A DNA stretch of 64,000 nt, from assembly GCA_963575745.1 (NCBI GenBank), contig CAUYUJ010000013.1:1-64000 (forward strand), in the 5' to 3' direction. This DNA is from Prorocentrum cordatum. Its lineage: Eukaryota. Shown in pieces: positions 26,017-39,795 of the stretch. Every line of letters starts with the position of its first letter. The stretch's first letter is position 1. The notes below the pieces were generated by a model. That model searched no databases and was not told where the DNA came from. It worked only from the letters and a program-made list of their open reading frames with translations. The translations under genes and the position numbers were made by a program.

Positions 26017-27449
26017 TTAAGCAGTGCCAAGACTGTCCCCGAACATCTCTACAAGTTGACCGAACTTCGCGGCACCTCCCGAGGCCGCACGACGCTACGA
26101 TTGGGGCTCGATCAACCTCTGGCGCCCGCCGTGCAGAGTCTGCACAGAGTGTCTGCTTCCCCGAAGGCTGGTCCGACACAGCGAGGGCGTGGCGAGGTCG
26201 CCAGTGGAGACCACCACCCGGCGTCGCTGATGGAGTGGCGCTGCGTACCCGATGCAGAGAAGAGGGGCACGCACGGCCGTGCAAGCGCCGACCGGGGGAG
26301 AGGCGCAACGGGAAAGAGCGGCTGCACAGTGCAGCGGCAGGGGCACGGCCGCAGGGGCGGCTCCGCAGGGCGGAAGGCCAAGACGGCAGGTGGAATCTGC
26401 GCTCCCCAGAGAAGCCTCGATATCTGCGACGCCGGGAAATTCCAGGCACGCGCGCACGCATGCGTGTCGGCGGGACATCGTTAATCGCAAGTGTGTGGGG
26501 GGAAGCGGAGGAGGCGGAGGTGGAGGTATACATGGACAGACCCACCAGCTGAAGGATGTGCAGTCAAGACGCTGAGACAAGGACCACGTTGGGTTCACGA
26601 TGGGGCTTCTTGTCGGGCCGTTCGAGCATGCTTCATCGAGGAAAGCGCCTGGCGCCAGAGACGGGCTGCACGCAGCAGATCTCGCGCCCCCCCCTTCCCC
26701 TATACCCCCACTTTCGTCCGACACGGTCCTCTCGACGCCCGGGAGCTCCCATCCAGAGGACCAAACAAACATTCAAAACGAAGGTCCCACTTCCTTTCTG
26801 GAAGCTGTCGTCCCCTCGCTCTGGAGGTTTCTCGCCCACCAACATGGAGGCTCGACCTCCAGAACGGCGGTCCTCCATCCTCTGGGACACCCCCCAAACA
26901 GGGACCCGGAGCCTTGCAGTGCAGGCAATCGCGGGGGAGCCCCGTCGAAGACATGCAATGCTCCCCCCAGGCGCTATCCTCCCCTGTTGCAGCCGCCGAC
27001 CCGAGGGGAAACGTTCGGTGTGGACTGGCCTACCTAGAGCGGGGGGGGGGGGGGACATCGACCTTGACTCGGCGACATATGGCCGACACATCGGCGACAG
27101 AGGCTCCCGATTGCGAGTCCGCACGTTCCTGGGCGGTATGGGCTACCAGGCCCCCATCGGCGATCCAGTGGCGGCTGGGTGTCGATGCATGCCTGTCCCC
27201 CCCGAACGTTGCCCCTGACGACCCTTTGGAGTCCCGAAACGGTGTGGTGACAGACCGTGCGGTGACCTCGAGATCCCCCAAGACCTCACCGCACGGTCCG
27301 TCAGCGCACGGCTTTGGAGACCCCGAGGGCCCCGGCCGCCCGAGACGTCGTCCCCGGAGAACGACCCGAGTCCCAAAACCGGGCGGCGACCCCGAATCCT
27401 CACCGACTCACCGCACGGTGTGGTCACCACCCCGTTTCAGGGGGACGTA

Positions 27450-27628
27450 AGACCTGGGTACAGGGGACTCGGAAATCCCCGACGAGGTCGTCAAAAAATG
27501 ACGAGGCCGAGCCTGCATTTTGACGAGGCCTCCCGCTGCAGACATCCCACGAAACTCCTCCTCGTCAAAATCCGAGTCGCGGTCGTCAAAAAACAATGGC
27601 GAACCCGAGTCCTGGCAAACCCGGGTCT
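27450..27628. mobile_element. ~180-bp TA-flanked MITE, degenerate
   Basis: TA-AGACCTGGGT..GGACTCGG at the left and CCGAGTCC..ACCCGGGTCT-TA at the right. Internal TCGTCAAAA repeats in both orientations. Confidence 0.6.
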
Positions 27629-29448
27629 TACGCTCCCCCGACCGTTTGGGCGCCCCTGACGACCCCGCCCCGCCCGTCCACATCTGCCGGCAGGGGTTCC
27701 CGCCAGGCTTCACGTTCCTGCGGGGCGGGCCGCGGGAAGGGCGCGCGGAGGGCGCGCCAAAGCCGCCCCCACACAGCCCCCGGGCGGGCTGAACGCCTCT
27801 CCTCGCTCGCGCTGGGCTTCACGTCCCCTCCTCGCTGACGCGCTGCCGCCGGGCCTCGCTGTCCCCTCCTCGTTCCCCTTCCCCGTCCCTTCCTCCTGCT
27901 GCTGCTGTTCCTCCTCCTCCTCCTCTTCCTCAGCCTGCTCCTCCTCCCACCTGCTCCTCCTCCCCTCTTCCTCCTCCACATCCCCTCTCCTTCATCCTCC
28001 CCACCATTCAGCTGCTCTTCCTCTTCCTCTTCCTTCTTCTCATCCTCCTTCTCATCCTCCTCCCTCCTCCTCCTCCTCCTCCTCCTCCTCCTCCTCCTCC
28101 TCCTCCTCCTCCTCCTCCTCATCCTCTTCATCCTCCTCCTCCTCCTCATCATCATCATCCTCCTCTTCCTCCTCCTCCTCCTCGTCCTCCTCTTCCTTCT
28201 CCTTCTCCTCCTCCTCCCCCCCTGTGGGCGCACTCTGCCAATGTCTTGCTCTTGTTGCCGGAACCCACCTGGATGAACTCGACGAGCTCGTCCGTGCCCT
28301 CCTGCCGAGCTGAGATGTGCGGTGAAGGACGGCCGAAGGAGGGAAGAGGGGAGAAATGGAGGGACTACTCCACCCATCTCCTCCATCTTCCTTCTTCTTC
28401 TTCTTCTTCCTCCTCCTCCTCCACTCTCCTTCTCCTCCACCTTCTCCTCCTCCTCCTCCACCTCATCTTCCTCACCCTCTCGCCACTCATCCTCCACCTC
28501 CTTCCTCCTGGCCTCCTCCTCGCGGGAGGCTGCTGCAAACACGGGTGCGGGTGGGAAAATCGTCGACATGCAGGCTACAATCAGGCCCTTGCCAGAAGGA
28601 ACGCTAAATACGGCACGAAGCCCCTTTTAATCATAATCAAATAATGCATTATGTAAGGAACGGCCGAGCCCCTTTTTGGAAGCGTTCCCTCATCGTTGCC
28701 TCTCGCTCTGACAGAGGCCCCCCCCCCTACCGAAACCTTCATAGCTCCGATAAGCAGGCAGACCAATCGAAACAACGCTCGGCAGAGGTGAAGGGGTCCT
28801 GGTGGACCTGGGCCCTGAGCCGGGGGACGTTGCCCGGGACGAGCCAGAGGTGAAGGGGTCCTGGTGGACATGGGCCCTGGGCCCGGGGACGTTGCCCGGG
28901 ACGAGCTGCTCAGTCTCGAGGTGGCTTGCTGGCGGCGCGAAGGTCTCGAAAAACGAGCAGCGCCCCGCTCCTCCAGGACAGCTCCCCCGCTTGGCGGCGT
29001 GCACCGGGGGGGGGGGCGCGGGGTGGACGGCAGTCTTAGAAGCCCTCCCGGCGTCTCGGGAGCCGCATGAGAAGCCTCGGGTCCCTTCCCGAAAGGGCCC
29101 CCTGCCTTCTGCGAAGCCCCCCCGCCGTTCTTCGAGAGCCGCCCCCCTCGCGCCACCCCCTTGTACGCGCTGAGTGAGGACCCGTGCTGGGCCATGCAGA
29201 AGAAAAATCCGCCGGCCCCCTTGTGGGGCCACCAGGCTGCGAGGCGCGGGATTCGCAGTTTCCTGTACCAGTTGTAGTTTGTAGTTTCCAGTGTTACAGT
29301 TCTGCTTCTTGCTGGTTACTGTAACTAGTTGACTTCTTGCTGGTTACTGTAACTAGTTGATTGACCGCGCGAGGGGGGGGAGGCCCAAACGGGATTTTTA
29401 GAGTCTCCTGGGCGCGTTGTCTGAATTGCTGGGGGGGCTCGAAATCGA

Positions 29449-30216
29449 CACCCCTCACGCAGATCCGCGGGGTCAGGGTCCAAAAACACATGGGATTTGC
29501 CACATTTCTGAAATTCGGTGCCACCCCTCACGCAGATCCGCGGGGTCAGGGTCCAAAAACGCACGGGATTTGTTACATTTCTGAAATTCGGTCAGGGCCC
29601 AAACACATAGGATTTGCTACATTTCTGAAATTCGGTGCCACCCCTCACGCAGATCCGCGGGGTCAGGGTCCAAAAACACAACGGATTTGCCACATTTCTG
29701 AAATTCGGTGCCACCCCTCACGCAGATCCGCGGGGTCAGGGTCCAAAAACACATGGGATTTGCCACATTTCTGAAATTCGGTGCCACCCCTCACGCAGAT
29801 CCGCGGGGTCAGGGTCCAAAAACACAGGGATTTGCCACATTTCTGAAATTCGGTGCCACCCCTCACGCAGATCCGCGGGGTCAGGGTCCAAAAACACAAG
29901 GGATTTGCCACATTTCTGAAATTCGGTGCCACCCTTCACGCACATCCATCGCAAGGCGTGGTAACCCAAACTGCGAGAACTCCCTCGGCCCTTTAATCGC
30001 AAGGTGTGGTAACCAAGCCCGTAAACCATACACGTCTTACCAATCGCCAGGTGTGGTAACCCCTCTTGTGATCAGTTGGTTTTGCTGATTGCGAATCGGC
30101 TTCGCATGAAGTTTCGATACTGCTTCACACAGCGCCAAGGCCTCATGACTTAGCTCTTCCATGGCCCATTCTCCGAGAGAGGGGGCCGGCGGCAGGGGGC
30201 GAAGCCCTTACGGATA
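29449..30216. repeat. second 73-bp satellite array (29449-29940) with the same hairpin-bearing terminus
   Basis: Same unit as 13740. TGCTTCAC...CCTCATGA.TTAG...GGGGCGAAGCCCTTACGGATA at ~30120-30216 matches ~14540-14635. Confidence 0.9.
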
Positions 30217-30478
30217 ACAAAAAGAAGAGGAAGAAGAAGAGGAACAATAATCATACTAAGAACGAAGAGGAATAGTCAAAGAAAGAAGAATATCCAGACC
30301 GTCGAAGTCGGTCTGAAAGATGACGACGTCCATCAGGCACTGCGGGCCGCGAGCGAGCAGGTCACGGCCACGGGCGCACACCGAGGACTGTGGAGAAGAG
30401 GAGGAAGGGGACAGCAGGAGCACGGCGAGAGCGAGTCGCCGTAATCATCAGGCAGGTGGCCACCTGGCGGCGCGCAGA

Positions 30479-30716
30479 CGAGCGTGGGGCAGTGGGAAGA
30501 ACCTCCCCGGAAGGCAGGGAGGGCATCCACAGAAACCCTCCTGCATTCCGAGGAGCCTTCTGAGAAGCCTCCCGTCCCCTCCAAGCAGCGCTCTGCCTTC
30601 CCACGGCGCACGAGCGTGGGGCAGTGGGAAGAACCTCCCTGGAAGGCAGGGAGGGCATCCACAGAAACCCTCCTGCACTCCGAGGAGCCTTCCGAGAAGC
30701 CTCCCGTCCCCTCCAA
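30479..30716. repeat. 132-bp tandem duplication
   Basis: CGAGCGTGGGGCAGTGGGAAGAACCTCCC at 30479 and 30611. Confidence 0.9.
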
Positions 30717-31799
30717 GAGCAGCACACTCTGCCCTCCCACGCCGCCGCTTCACAGAGAAGACGCGGCGATCGCGCTCGTGCACGCCCTCTGGACTTGGCG
30801 CCCCCGTCGGGCCCCACCGACTCTCTGGTCCCAGGCGTACCTGGCCCCTCCCCGCAGGATCGGCCAGCCTCGAATCGGGGCATCGCATCGAATCGGAAGG
30901 AGCGTCGGATCGGGCTGCATCGGCACGGCTAGGAAGGCACCAACTATACACCAACACCGATCCGGGCCAGGATCGGTGTTGGTGTATGGTTGGTGCCCTC
31001 CGAACGGCGCCGAAATCGAACCGGATCGGCTGCGCCAGGATGCACAACAATGTTAACGCCGGACGAGCATCGGGCCGCATCGGCTCGACGGCATGTCGGA
31101 ATGGAATCGGATTCGAGCCGGCCGGGATTAATATCGAATCGGATCGGTCGGATCGACCTGAACTGGATCCTGCCCCAGGCGCCCACGGCGCCGCGGGCCC
31201 CCCTGGCCAGGCGCAGCGGCAGCTGCTTGCCACCAGGCCGGCCGGCACGTGAGCGGAAGACCCTTCCAGGCCCGGTATGAGATCGCATCCCCACAGACGC
31301 CGACATCGCATGGCGCTTCGGCGCACGCGGCACGCGGCTCCGTTCACTTTTTTTTGTCGCGGCGATGGCGATCGCGCACCTCGGTCGAAGCCTGAGCGGG
31401 GACGCTGTGCGCCCCCCGCGCACACGGCGCCACACACAGCTCGGAGGCAGGGAGCACGCTGCACGCGTCCACGATGCACAGTGCAGCACACGCGTGGCAC
31501 ATTCGGCGCCGCGAGCAGTGCCGCGCACGCAGCACTGCGCACGCGGCACCACGCACAGAGCACCACGCGAGAGGCGCGACGCCCTCCCCTCCCACACCCT
31601 CTTGACAACCTCCACATCCACCAAACCTCCACAGGCCCGCTTGGAGGATGTAGTGTTGTAGTCTTCCAGCTTGCCCAGGAGCCGGTATTCACCGAGGTGC
31701 AGGCCCAAGTCTGGCCTGTAGGGTCTGGTGGTGGCACGCTGGCAGGATCCCCGTCCCGCCCTGGCCATCCCCCCTCTCCTGAGAGGTGGTACGCTGAGC

Positions 31800-32580
31800 G
31801 ATTCACCTTTGTTTCGCTCAACTTTAATTTCGCTCGAATCCTATCGCTCGTTTGATTTCGCTCACTTTTAATTCGTTCGGGTTTAATTTCGCTCGGTTTG
31901 TTTTCGCTCGGGTTTGAATTCGCTCGGTTTAAATTCGTTAGGGTTTAATTTCGATCGGGTTAGATTTCGTTCGGTTTAACTTCGTTCGGTCGATGCCGGG
32001 TCGCCGCGTGGGGCGCCGGATCCGGTCCGGGCGGCCACAACTCGCTCGGATGGGAACTGGCTCGGGGCGAAAATTCGTTCGAATTAAAATTCGCTCGGCC
32101 TTAATCTCGCTCGGTTGGAACTCGCTCGGTCGATGCCAGGTCGCCGCCTGGGACACCAGAGCAGTTAAATTCGCTCGGGTTTCATTTCGCTCAGTACTCG
32201 CTCGGTCGATGCCTGGTCGCCGCCTGGGACACCAAATGTAGCCCCGCAGGCCACAATCCGCTCGGTCGGGATGAAAACTCGACCGAATTCAAGTCGCTCG
32301 GGTCCAATTTCGGTTGAAACTCGCTCGGCCGATGCCCGGTCGCCGCCTGGGACACTGGATGCGGTCCCAGAGGCCACAAATCGTTCGGATGAAAATTCGC
32401 TCGGGGTGAAAAACTCATTCGGGGTGTAATTCGCTCCGTTTCCACTCCTTCGGTGGGTATTCGCTGGGCCAAATACCGGCGGCACGCCTGGGCCACCGCC
32501 TCTGGCCCCCGGACACCACAACTCGTCCGGGTGGCAATTCGTTCGACTGGAAGCCCGCTCGAATGCGGAGTCGTTCGGTT
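31800..32580. repeat. degenerate TTCGCTCGG-based minisatellite
   Basis: Dozens of (AA)TTCGCTCGG(T) motifs, plus larger repeated units CGATGCC.GGTCGCCGCCTGGGACAC. Confidence 0.8.
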
Positions 32581-34279
32581 TGCATCCTCCTCTCTTCCTC
32601 CTTTTCTTCCTTCTCCTCCTCCTCCTCCTCCTCCTCCTCCTCCTCCTCCTCCTCCTCCTCCTCCTCCTCCTCCTCCTCCTCCTCCTCCTCCCTCAACGCC
32701 TTCAACCTTGAGCGAATCGCTGCGCGTCGTCCACGCGCACCGCCGCCGACCCCGTGTTCGCGCAAGCGTCGCCCTCATACTACTAACTTATCTGACGCAC
32801 CGGCGCCGTTCCTCGCACGGTTTCGCTGCAACGCGAGAAACCGAACGTGAGTGGAATCATTCCTGATACTCCCCCTCTCCTGTTCCTCAAACCTGCAGGC
32901 CTCCAACCTTGAGCGCATCACCGCGCGTCTTCTGCATGCGACGCAGCCGGACCCAGTGTCGCACCAGTTTCGCCCTCCCACGACGCTCTGACGCGACGGC
33001 GACGATCCCCCCCCGGATTCGCACGCACGCCATAAACCGAGTGCAAATGCAAGCTTTCATTTTCCTTTTCCTCTTCCTAAAACCTCCATGCCTTCAGCCT
33101 TGACAGCGTCGCCGCGGGTCGTCGACATTTCGCGCCGCCGAACCCCATGTGTCGCACCAGCTCTCCCCTTTCCGACGATTGGTGTCCCGATGTGTCAGCT
33201 CCTTTGCTTGCCCTCCTGGCCCCCGCTTCGCCTAGTGAGTAACAAAACAAAAACCGCGTCGTTCGGCTGCCGCCTGCCAGACCCCAACGAAGTGATTTCT
33301 ACAATTTGCGACCCAGAGATCCCAAGTTTTCCCCCGGAATCACTACGTCGCCTTGGATGCAGTTTTGATGCGGGGACCGAGCGCAGCCCCCACAGGCGGA
33401 CATCAAGAGACGTGTTTTGAACTGGCGAAATACTATGATTGTAGGACCCCGCGCGAGCATCTGTTTAGCGTGCCCTTGGCCCTTTCCGACTCGCCCTGGC
33501 GGACGCCCTCCTCTCGCTCTTTGCTCAGCCCTCTCCTTTTCCTCCTTCTATCTGTCCTCTTCCTCCGCTTCCTCCTCCTCCTCCTCCTCCACCTCCTCCT
33601 CATCATCGCCCTCCCCCATAATTACCCTTATGTCCCCCCTCCTCATCCTCCTCCTGCCTCCTCTCCACGCGCGGTTCCCATTCCCCCTGCTGCGCCGTCG
33701 CCGACTCGGCCTGCGCGCGCGCGCGTTCGCCGACGGCTAGATCGCGAAGCCTTCGGGACAATCCCGCGGGCCGCGCCTTTGGGACACCCCCGCGGGCCGC
33801 CGGGGCGAGGGGCGGGCCGCCAGGACAATCCCGCAGGCCAGGCCGTTGAGGCACTCGCGCGGGCCTCGAGGCGGGCGCGGCCGCGCTCAGGCGGGGGGCA
33901 GCGCGAAGCCTTGTCGCGCTACGAGCTGCTCCGATTAGGTTATGGAGCTCTCGGCTGTCTCGGCGAATTTCCAAAGCGCCTTCCGCAGGGGCGCTGGCGG
34001 CCCGCGCCCCAGGAACTCCTCGCGCGGGCGGCCGCAGGATCGGCGTGTTCCACATGCACGTGGCGCGGGAGAACATGATTTAGAGGTGCAGCCACCACTG
34101 CTCGTCCGACGGGCCCGTGAGACCATCGCCCTCATCCCTGGCGCAGTCGCTGGCGACGCCATCGCCGCGTCGGGGGACTGGGTTCAGCCGAGCGCGTGTC
34201 CCTAGTAAGAGCACAAAAAATAACCCCGCTCGGATTGGCCCGCGAGGGCTCGCATCACCCTTCGTTCCTGAGAGGCCCA

Positions 34280-34935
34280 CCTTCGGTGGAGCTCCACGAA
34301 GCGCTGTACTGGGTGGGTGAAAAATGTCACATTGGATGTTTCGGGGCGCATGGGGACGGTCCCACTAGGGCCTTCGGTGGAGCTCCCTATGGGGCCACGA
34401 AGCGCTGTAGTGGGTGGATGAAAAATGCCAAATTGGATGTGTCGGGGCGCATGGGGACGGTCCCGCTGGGGCCTTCGGTGGAGCTCCCTATGAGGCCACG
34501 AAGCGTTGTACTGGGTGGGTGCGAAATGCCAAATAGGATGTTTCGGGGCGCGTGCGGACGGTCCCACTGGGGCATTTGGTGGAGCTCCCTATGGGGCCAC
34601 AAATCGCTAGGGTGAAACATGCCAAATTTGATGTTTCGGGGCGCGTGCGGACAGTCCCACTGGGGCCTTCGGTGGAGCTCCCTATGGGGCCACGGAGCGC
34701 TGTATTGGCTGGGTGGAAAATGCCAAATTTGATGTTTCGGGGCGCATGGGCATGGTGGCACTAGCGCCTTCGGTGGAGCTCCCTCTGGGGCCACGAAGCG
34801 CTGTACTGGGTGGAGGAAACGTAAGGAGAAGGGAGGGAGAGGGGGGAAGGGGAGGGAGGAGGAAGGGGGGAGGGAGGAACGCGGGGACCGTCTCTGCAAA
34901 ACGAGGACCCAAAACCACAGGATGGTTGGGAAAAA
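34280..34935 (-). mobile_element. partial Helentron/HINE-like element carrying ~101-bp satellite
   Basis: Array with core GGGCCTTCGGTGGAGCTCCCTATGGGGCCACGAA, then a purine tract, then the conserved end AAACGAGGACCCAA.ACCACAGGATGGTTGGGA. Confidence 0.65.
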
Positions 34936-37149
34936 TGTCGCGGCGACGGCGGGCGAAGGCGGCGGCCCCGCTCAGAAATTCCGGCGGCGGCGAGGTGGCC
35001 AGAAAGGCCCAACAAAAATTCAAAAGTGGAGGTCCGGTGTCCATAAAAGAATCTTTCTGGAAGTTATCATCCTCCGTCCTGGAGGTTTTTGTCTTCGAGG
35101 AATTTAAGATCTCGATATCTAGAATGACGGTATTCGATTTTCTGGGGGGCATCCCCTCCGAAAGCCCCGAAACGGGGGCAGCGGGGGCGGCGGCGGCGGC
35201 AACGGTGGGCCCCCGAAATGAAGGGGAACTGGGGGGTGCTGGCCAAGGTGGGAAACGTCGACCTGGCAGCGGCGATAGGTCCCCGATAGCAAGACCCTAC
35301 AATCTGGGGCGGTGAGGTTAATCAGGCCCCATCAGCGATGAGTAGCCGATTGGGGGTCGAATGTCCCCTGGTTTTCGGTTCCTAACTCGGCTCCCTGGCG
35401 GCCGTTCGGGACGACCTGGCCCCCCCCCCGAACGCTCTCGGCAAGGCGCAGCTGCTGGAGAGCACTACGAGGCTGGAAAGCCGCAGAGGATGTCCGAAAA
35501 CGTCCGACGAACCCCTGAGCCCCTCCCCGAACGTTGCCACCGACGAGGGCGCAGGAGCGGGAAGGCGGCGAGCGGCGAGCGGCGAGCGGCGGGGGCGGAG
35601 GAAATCCGCCGCGGCGGGAGCGTGCCGTCTTGACGGGTACCAGGGCGATGGCGAGCTCGACGTCGGCGAGGGCCGTGCAGCCGCGTTCTGGACACCTCCG
35701 GCGGGCGCGCCAGGACGTCTTCGTCGTCGTCGCGCGTCGTTCGCAGTCATCGCCGCTCGTCGTTCGCTCGTCGTTCGTTCGTTCTTTCGTTCGTCCGGTC
35801 ATCGTCGTCGTCGTAGTCGTCGTCGTCGTCGCCGTCCGCCGCCGCCGCCACCGCCACCATCGTCCTCGTTTTCGTGGGCGCCGTCGACGCCTTCGTCGTC
35901 GTTATTGTTCGTCGTCGTCGTCGTGGCCCTCCTCCGCCTCCTCGCCTGATTCGCCGCGCTCACTGTATAACCGTGGCTGAGCGATGCCAACTCGTGGTTC
36001 CCTACAAAGAGGGCCATCTTCCATCCGACGTCGATTCAATGCGCACGGTAGGTCGCACATAGCTCCTCCTCCTCCTCCTCCTCCTCCTCCTCCTCCTCCG
36101 CCTCCTCCTCATTCTCCCCGCATCTGCGCATTCGGAGGCCCCTTCGACGAAACGGCTGTTCGCGACTCGACAAAATGGGTCGGGGCGAGGCCCAGGAGGG
36201 GCCCAAGGACTGATTATGTGTGGATTTTCCGCCGTTGTCGTCGTCGTTCGAAACCGCTGTGACGATTCCGCCAGCCCCACAATCTATCTCTTTCTCAGGC
36301 TGAATGTTCTGGGCCTCAGGGGGTTGTGGGGGGGAAATCGAATACAGGCATCCGACGGAAACTTTTCCAAAAACAGAACGTGAACCCAGCCCTTTCGAAA
36401 ACCCCTTCCTGAAGCCCGTTCTCGGAAAGTTTTTGCTCCCAAAGTTCCTTCCTCTAAAAATGTCCCCTTTCCCCTGAAGGCCTTCCCAAGAAAACCATGA
36501 TGTACGATATGTGTTTCATTATTGACGGGGGGTCCCCCTTCCTTCGGACGGCCTTTACCTGGCAAGCCTTGTTCTTTCCAAAATGGTATCCACTGCGCCC
36601 AGGCCCACTCTGGGCCCAGAAGCGGTGTATACGGTATACGCCTCCCTGGCCATGCCAGCTGGCCATAGGCAGTGGATGTGTGTAGATCTCGTCACCCAAA
36701 GGAAGCCCTTCCTCTGGAAAGGATTTTCTTTTCTCAGGAAGGCACATCCCTTCCCGAGGTCGCGGGCGGTGGGCGCACATGAACGCGTTTTGTTACGGTT
36801 CGCGATAACGCCCGTTACCAAAGACGACCCGCCCCCTCCGAACCGAACCTGGTGACGTCACGATTCGCGCTGGCGCCGTCTGGAAAGGGTTCGGGGTAGC
36901 AAATGCTTAAACGGCGCCAACTCGAATCGTTGCGTTACCGGCCGGCGTGCTTGGTAGGGCGTGCCCTGGGTGAAGGAGCGGCTGCCAGCGCGCGGGCAAG
37001 CGACGCTCCTCCTGAACGACCTTTCTCGTCTTGGGACGCCCTTGGGCCGTCTCGGGACTCTTTTGGGCCGTCCTGTGGCCCACTGTGGGGACCGCTTGGG
37101 CCGATTTCTGGGGCCTCGTGGGCTGTCCCGGCCTGTCGGAAATATGAAA

Positions 37150-38644
37150 ATTATCCTGGCGAAGGACCGAACCATATGCAAATGTGGGTGCCGCAATTGT
37201 GAATATCTTCTTCGGTGGAGCTCCCTATGGGGCCACGAAGCGCAACGAAACGCTGTACTGGGTGGGGGGGACACATGCGGGCGGTAACACTGGGGCCGTC
37301 GGTTGAGCTGCCTACGGGGCCACGAAACGCTGCACTTGGTGGGGGGACGCATGCGGGCGGTAGCACTGCGCGGTAGACTTGGAACCTTCGGTGCAGCTCC
37401 CTATGGGGCCACGAAGCGCTGTACTGGGTGGGTGAAAATGGCAGATTGGATGTTTCGGGACGCATGCGGACGGTCCCACTGGGGCCTTCGGTGGAGCGCC
37501 CTGTGGGGCCACGAAACGCTGTAGTGGGTGTGCGAAAATGCCAAATTTGATTTTTTGGGACGCATGCGGACGGTGGCACTGGGGCCGTCGGTGGAGCTTC
37601 CTATGGGGCCACGAAGCGTTGTACTGGGTGGGTGAAACTGCCAGATTTGATGTTTCTGGGCGCATGCGGACGGTGGTACTGGGGCCTCCGATGGCCACGA
37701 AGCGTTGTACTGGGTGGGTGAAAATGCCAGATTTGATGCTTGGGGACGCATGCGGACGGTGGCACTAGCGCGTTCGGTGGAGCTCCCTGTGGGGCCACGA
37801 GACGATGTACTGGGTGTGTGATGGGTGAAAATGCCAGATTTGATGCTTTGGGACGCACGCGGACGGTGGCACTAGCGCGTTCGGTGGAGCTCCCTGTGGG
37901 GCCACGAGACGATGTACTGGGTGTGTGATGGGTGAAAATGCCAAATTCGATTTCTCGGGACGCATGCGGACGGTGACACTGGGGCCTTCGGTTGAGCTCC
38001 CTTTGGGCCACGAAACGCGGTACTGGGTGGGTGAAAATGCAAAAATTGATGTTTCGGGGCGCATGCGGACGGTGGCACTAGCGCCTTCGGTGGAGCGCCT
38101 TATTGAGGCCACGAAACGTGGTACTGGGTGGGTGAAAATGCCAAATTGGATGTTTCGGAACGCACGCGGACGGTGGCTGGTGCCTTCGGTGGAGCGCCTT
38201 ATTGAGGCCACGAAACGCGGTACTGGGTGGGTGAAAATGCCAAATTGGATGTTTCGGGACGCGTGCGGACGGTGGCACTGGGGCCTTAGGTGGAATTCCC
38301 TATGGGGCCACGAAACGCGGTACCAGGTGGGTGAAAATGCCAAGTTTGATGTTTCGGAGCGCATGCGGACGGTGGTACTGGGGCCTTCGGTTGAGCTCCC
38401 TATAGGGCCACGAAGCGCTGTACTGGGTTCGCGAAAATGCAAAATTTAATGTTTCGGGACACATGCGGACAGTGGCACTAGCGCCTTCGGTGGAGCTCCC
38501 TATGGGGCCACGAAACGCTGTACTGGGCGGGTGAAACGCAGGGAGAGGGAGGAGGGGGGAAGGGGAGGAGGAGGAAGGGAGTGAGGAACGCGGGGGCCGT
38601 CTCTTCAAAACGAGGACCCAACACCACAGGATGGTTGGGAGAAA
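37150..38644 (-). mobile_element. complete Helentron/HINE-like non-autonomous element with internal ~100-bp tandem array
   Basis: Subterminal inverted repeats CC(G)AACCAT (37167-75) / ATGGTTGGG (38631-39). Hairpin TCCT-GGCGA-AGGA (37154-66) at one end and CCCAA..CCA-cagga-TGGTTGGG at the other. T-runs flank on the minus strand. Confidence 0.7.
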
Positions 38645-38964
38645 CAGAGCCTGGGAAACCTTCAAAAACTGTTGACAAAATAGGTTTCGCATCCTGAGAG
38701 GCTCGTGGGGCACCTTTTGAAAGCCTCGTGGCCGTCTCGATGCCCTCTTGGGCTGTCTTGAAGCCATATTGGGCTATCTTGGAACGCTCTTGGGCGGTCC
38801 TGGGCTCTCTGAACCCGGTTTTGGGCCGTCTTGGAGTCCTCTTGGACGTCTCTTGGGCCATCTCGTCGCCGTGCTTCCCCTCCTTTGACGGGTCCAGAAC
38901 GGCCGGATACAAAATCGGTGCCCCCAGGGCCCCTGAGACCCCTCCTATTCATGTTTATCAATAC

Positions 38965-39795
38965 ACACACAAGACTCCATTGGCGCTTCGCGCCATGCGC
39001 CTGGGTCTTTCACGTCCTACATGCAGGCATAATTGGAGAGAGGTAAATCAACCAAAACAACGATCGCTGTTGGATGCAATTTTCACCGCCACCGTTATCG
39101 TATTGTTTTTCCCTTCTCCTTCCCTCATGTGTCCTCTTCCTCTTCCTCTTCCTCGTTCTCGCCTTCATTGCCCCGCGAACTCTTCCCCGTCCTCCGCAGA
39201 TTTGCTTGCGGAGGCTCCTGGCAGCCTGTGGAAACGTCCCTGGCGCCTTGTGGCGGCCTCTGGGGGTTTTCCTCGGGCCACCATGCCGCGAATCGTGGTC
39301 TCGGGTCACAGTTTGAATGCATCTGGAAGGCGTCTTGGGGCAACTTCGGCCCGTCATGGGAACCCTCTGTGGGCAGTTTCTGAGCCTTCTTGGGCCTTCT
39401 TGAGGCTCTCTTGGACTGTCAGGAACCTGCTATGGTCGTCTTGGAGCGGATGTCGGTGCGTGTCAGGCGTTCTCGGACTCCCAGAAAACCGAACAACCGA
39501 ATAGCTCAAAATCACACAAACTCCAAAGGAACATCAACCTTTCTGTGTTTCGAAAGCCTGTTGGGGTGATATTTGAGCCTTCTTCGGGCGTTTGGCGAGG
39601 TTTCCAGGGCCGCTACAGGCCATCTTGGACCGTCTTGGGGGTCTTTTGGGACCGCCGCCGACCCGTTTGCTCAGCTGGGCAGGGACTTCCGGAGGGACGG
39701 AAATTTCGCGGGATCCTTGAAGGAGGCGTCCAGGAGCCCCGGATCCCGGAGCTCCCGTTTCGGGGGGAAGGGCAAGGTGTCCGCATGGTCCGGAT
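38965..39795 (-). mobile_element. non-autonomous Helitron-like element (relative of 42397-43340)
   Basis: Minus-strand end GCATGGCGCGAAGCGCCA.TG.AGTCTTG|T is shared with 43312-43340. Internal and 5' similarity by eye. Confidence 0.6.

Noticed and set aside
34280..38530. CRISPR-like array (conserved ~35-bp core with intervening sequence)
   Set aside because: The intervening sequences are homologous to each other, there are no cas genes, and the context is eukaryotic. It is a satellite.
38590..38640. Hammerhead ribozyme in the conserved repeat terminus
   Set aside because: No CUGANGA core is paired with a GAAA. Only a simple hairpin is present.
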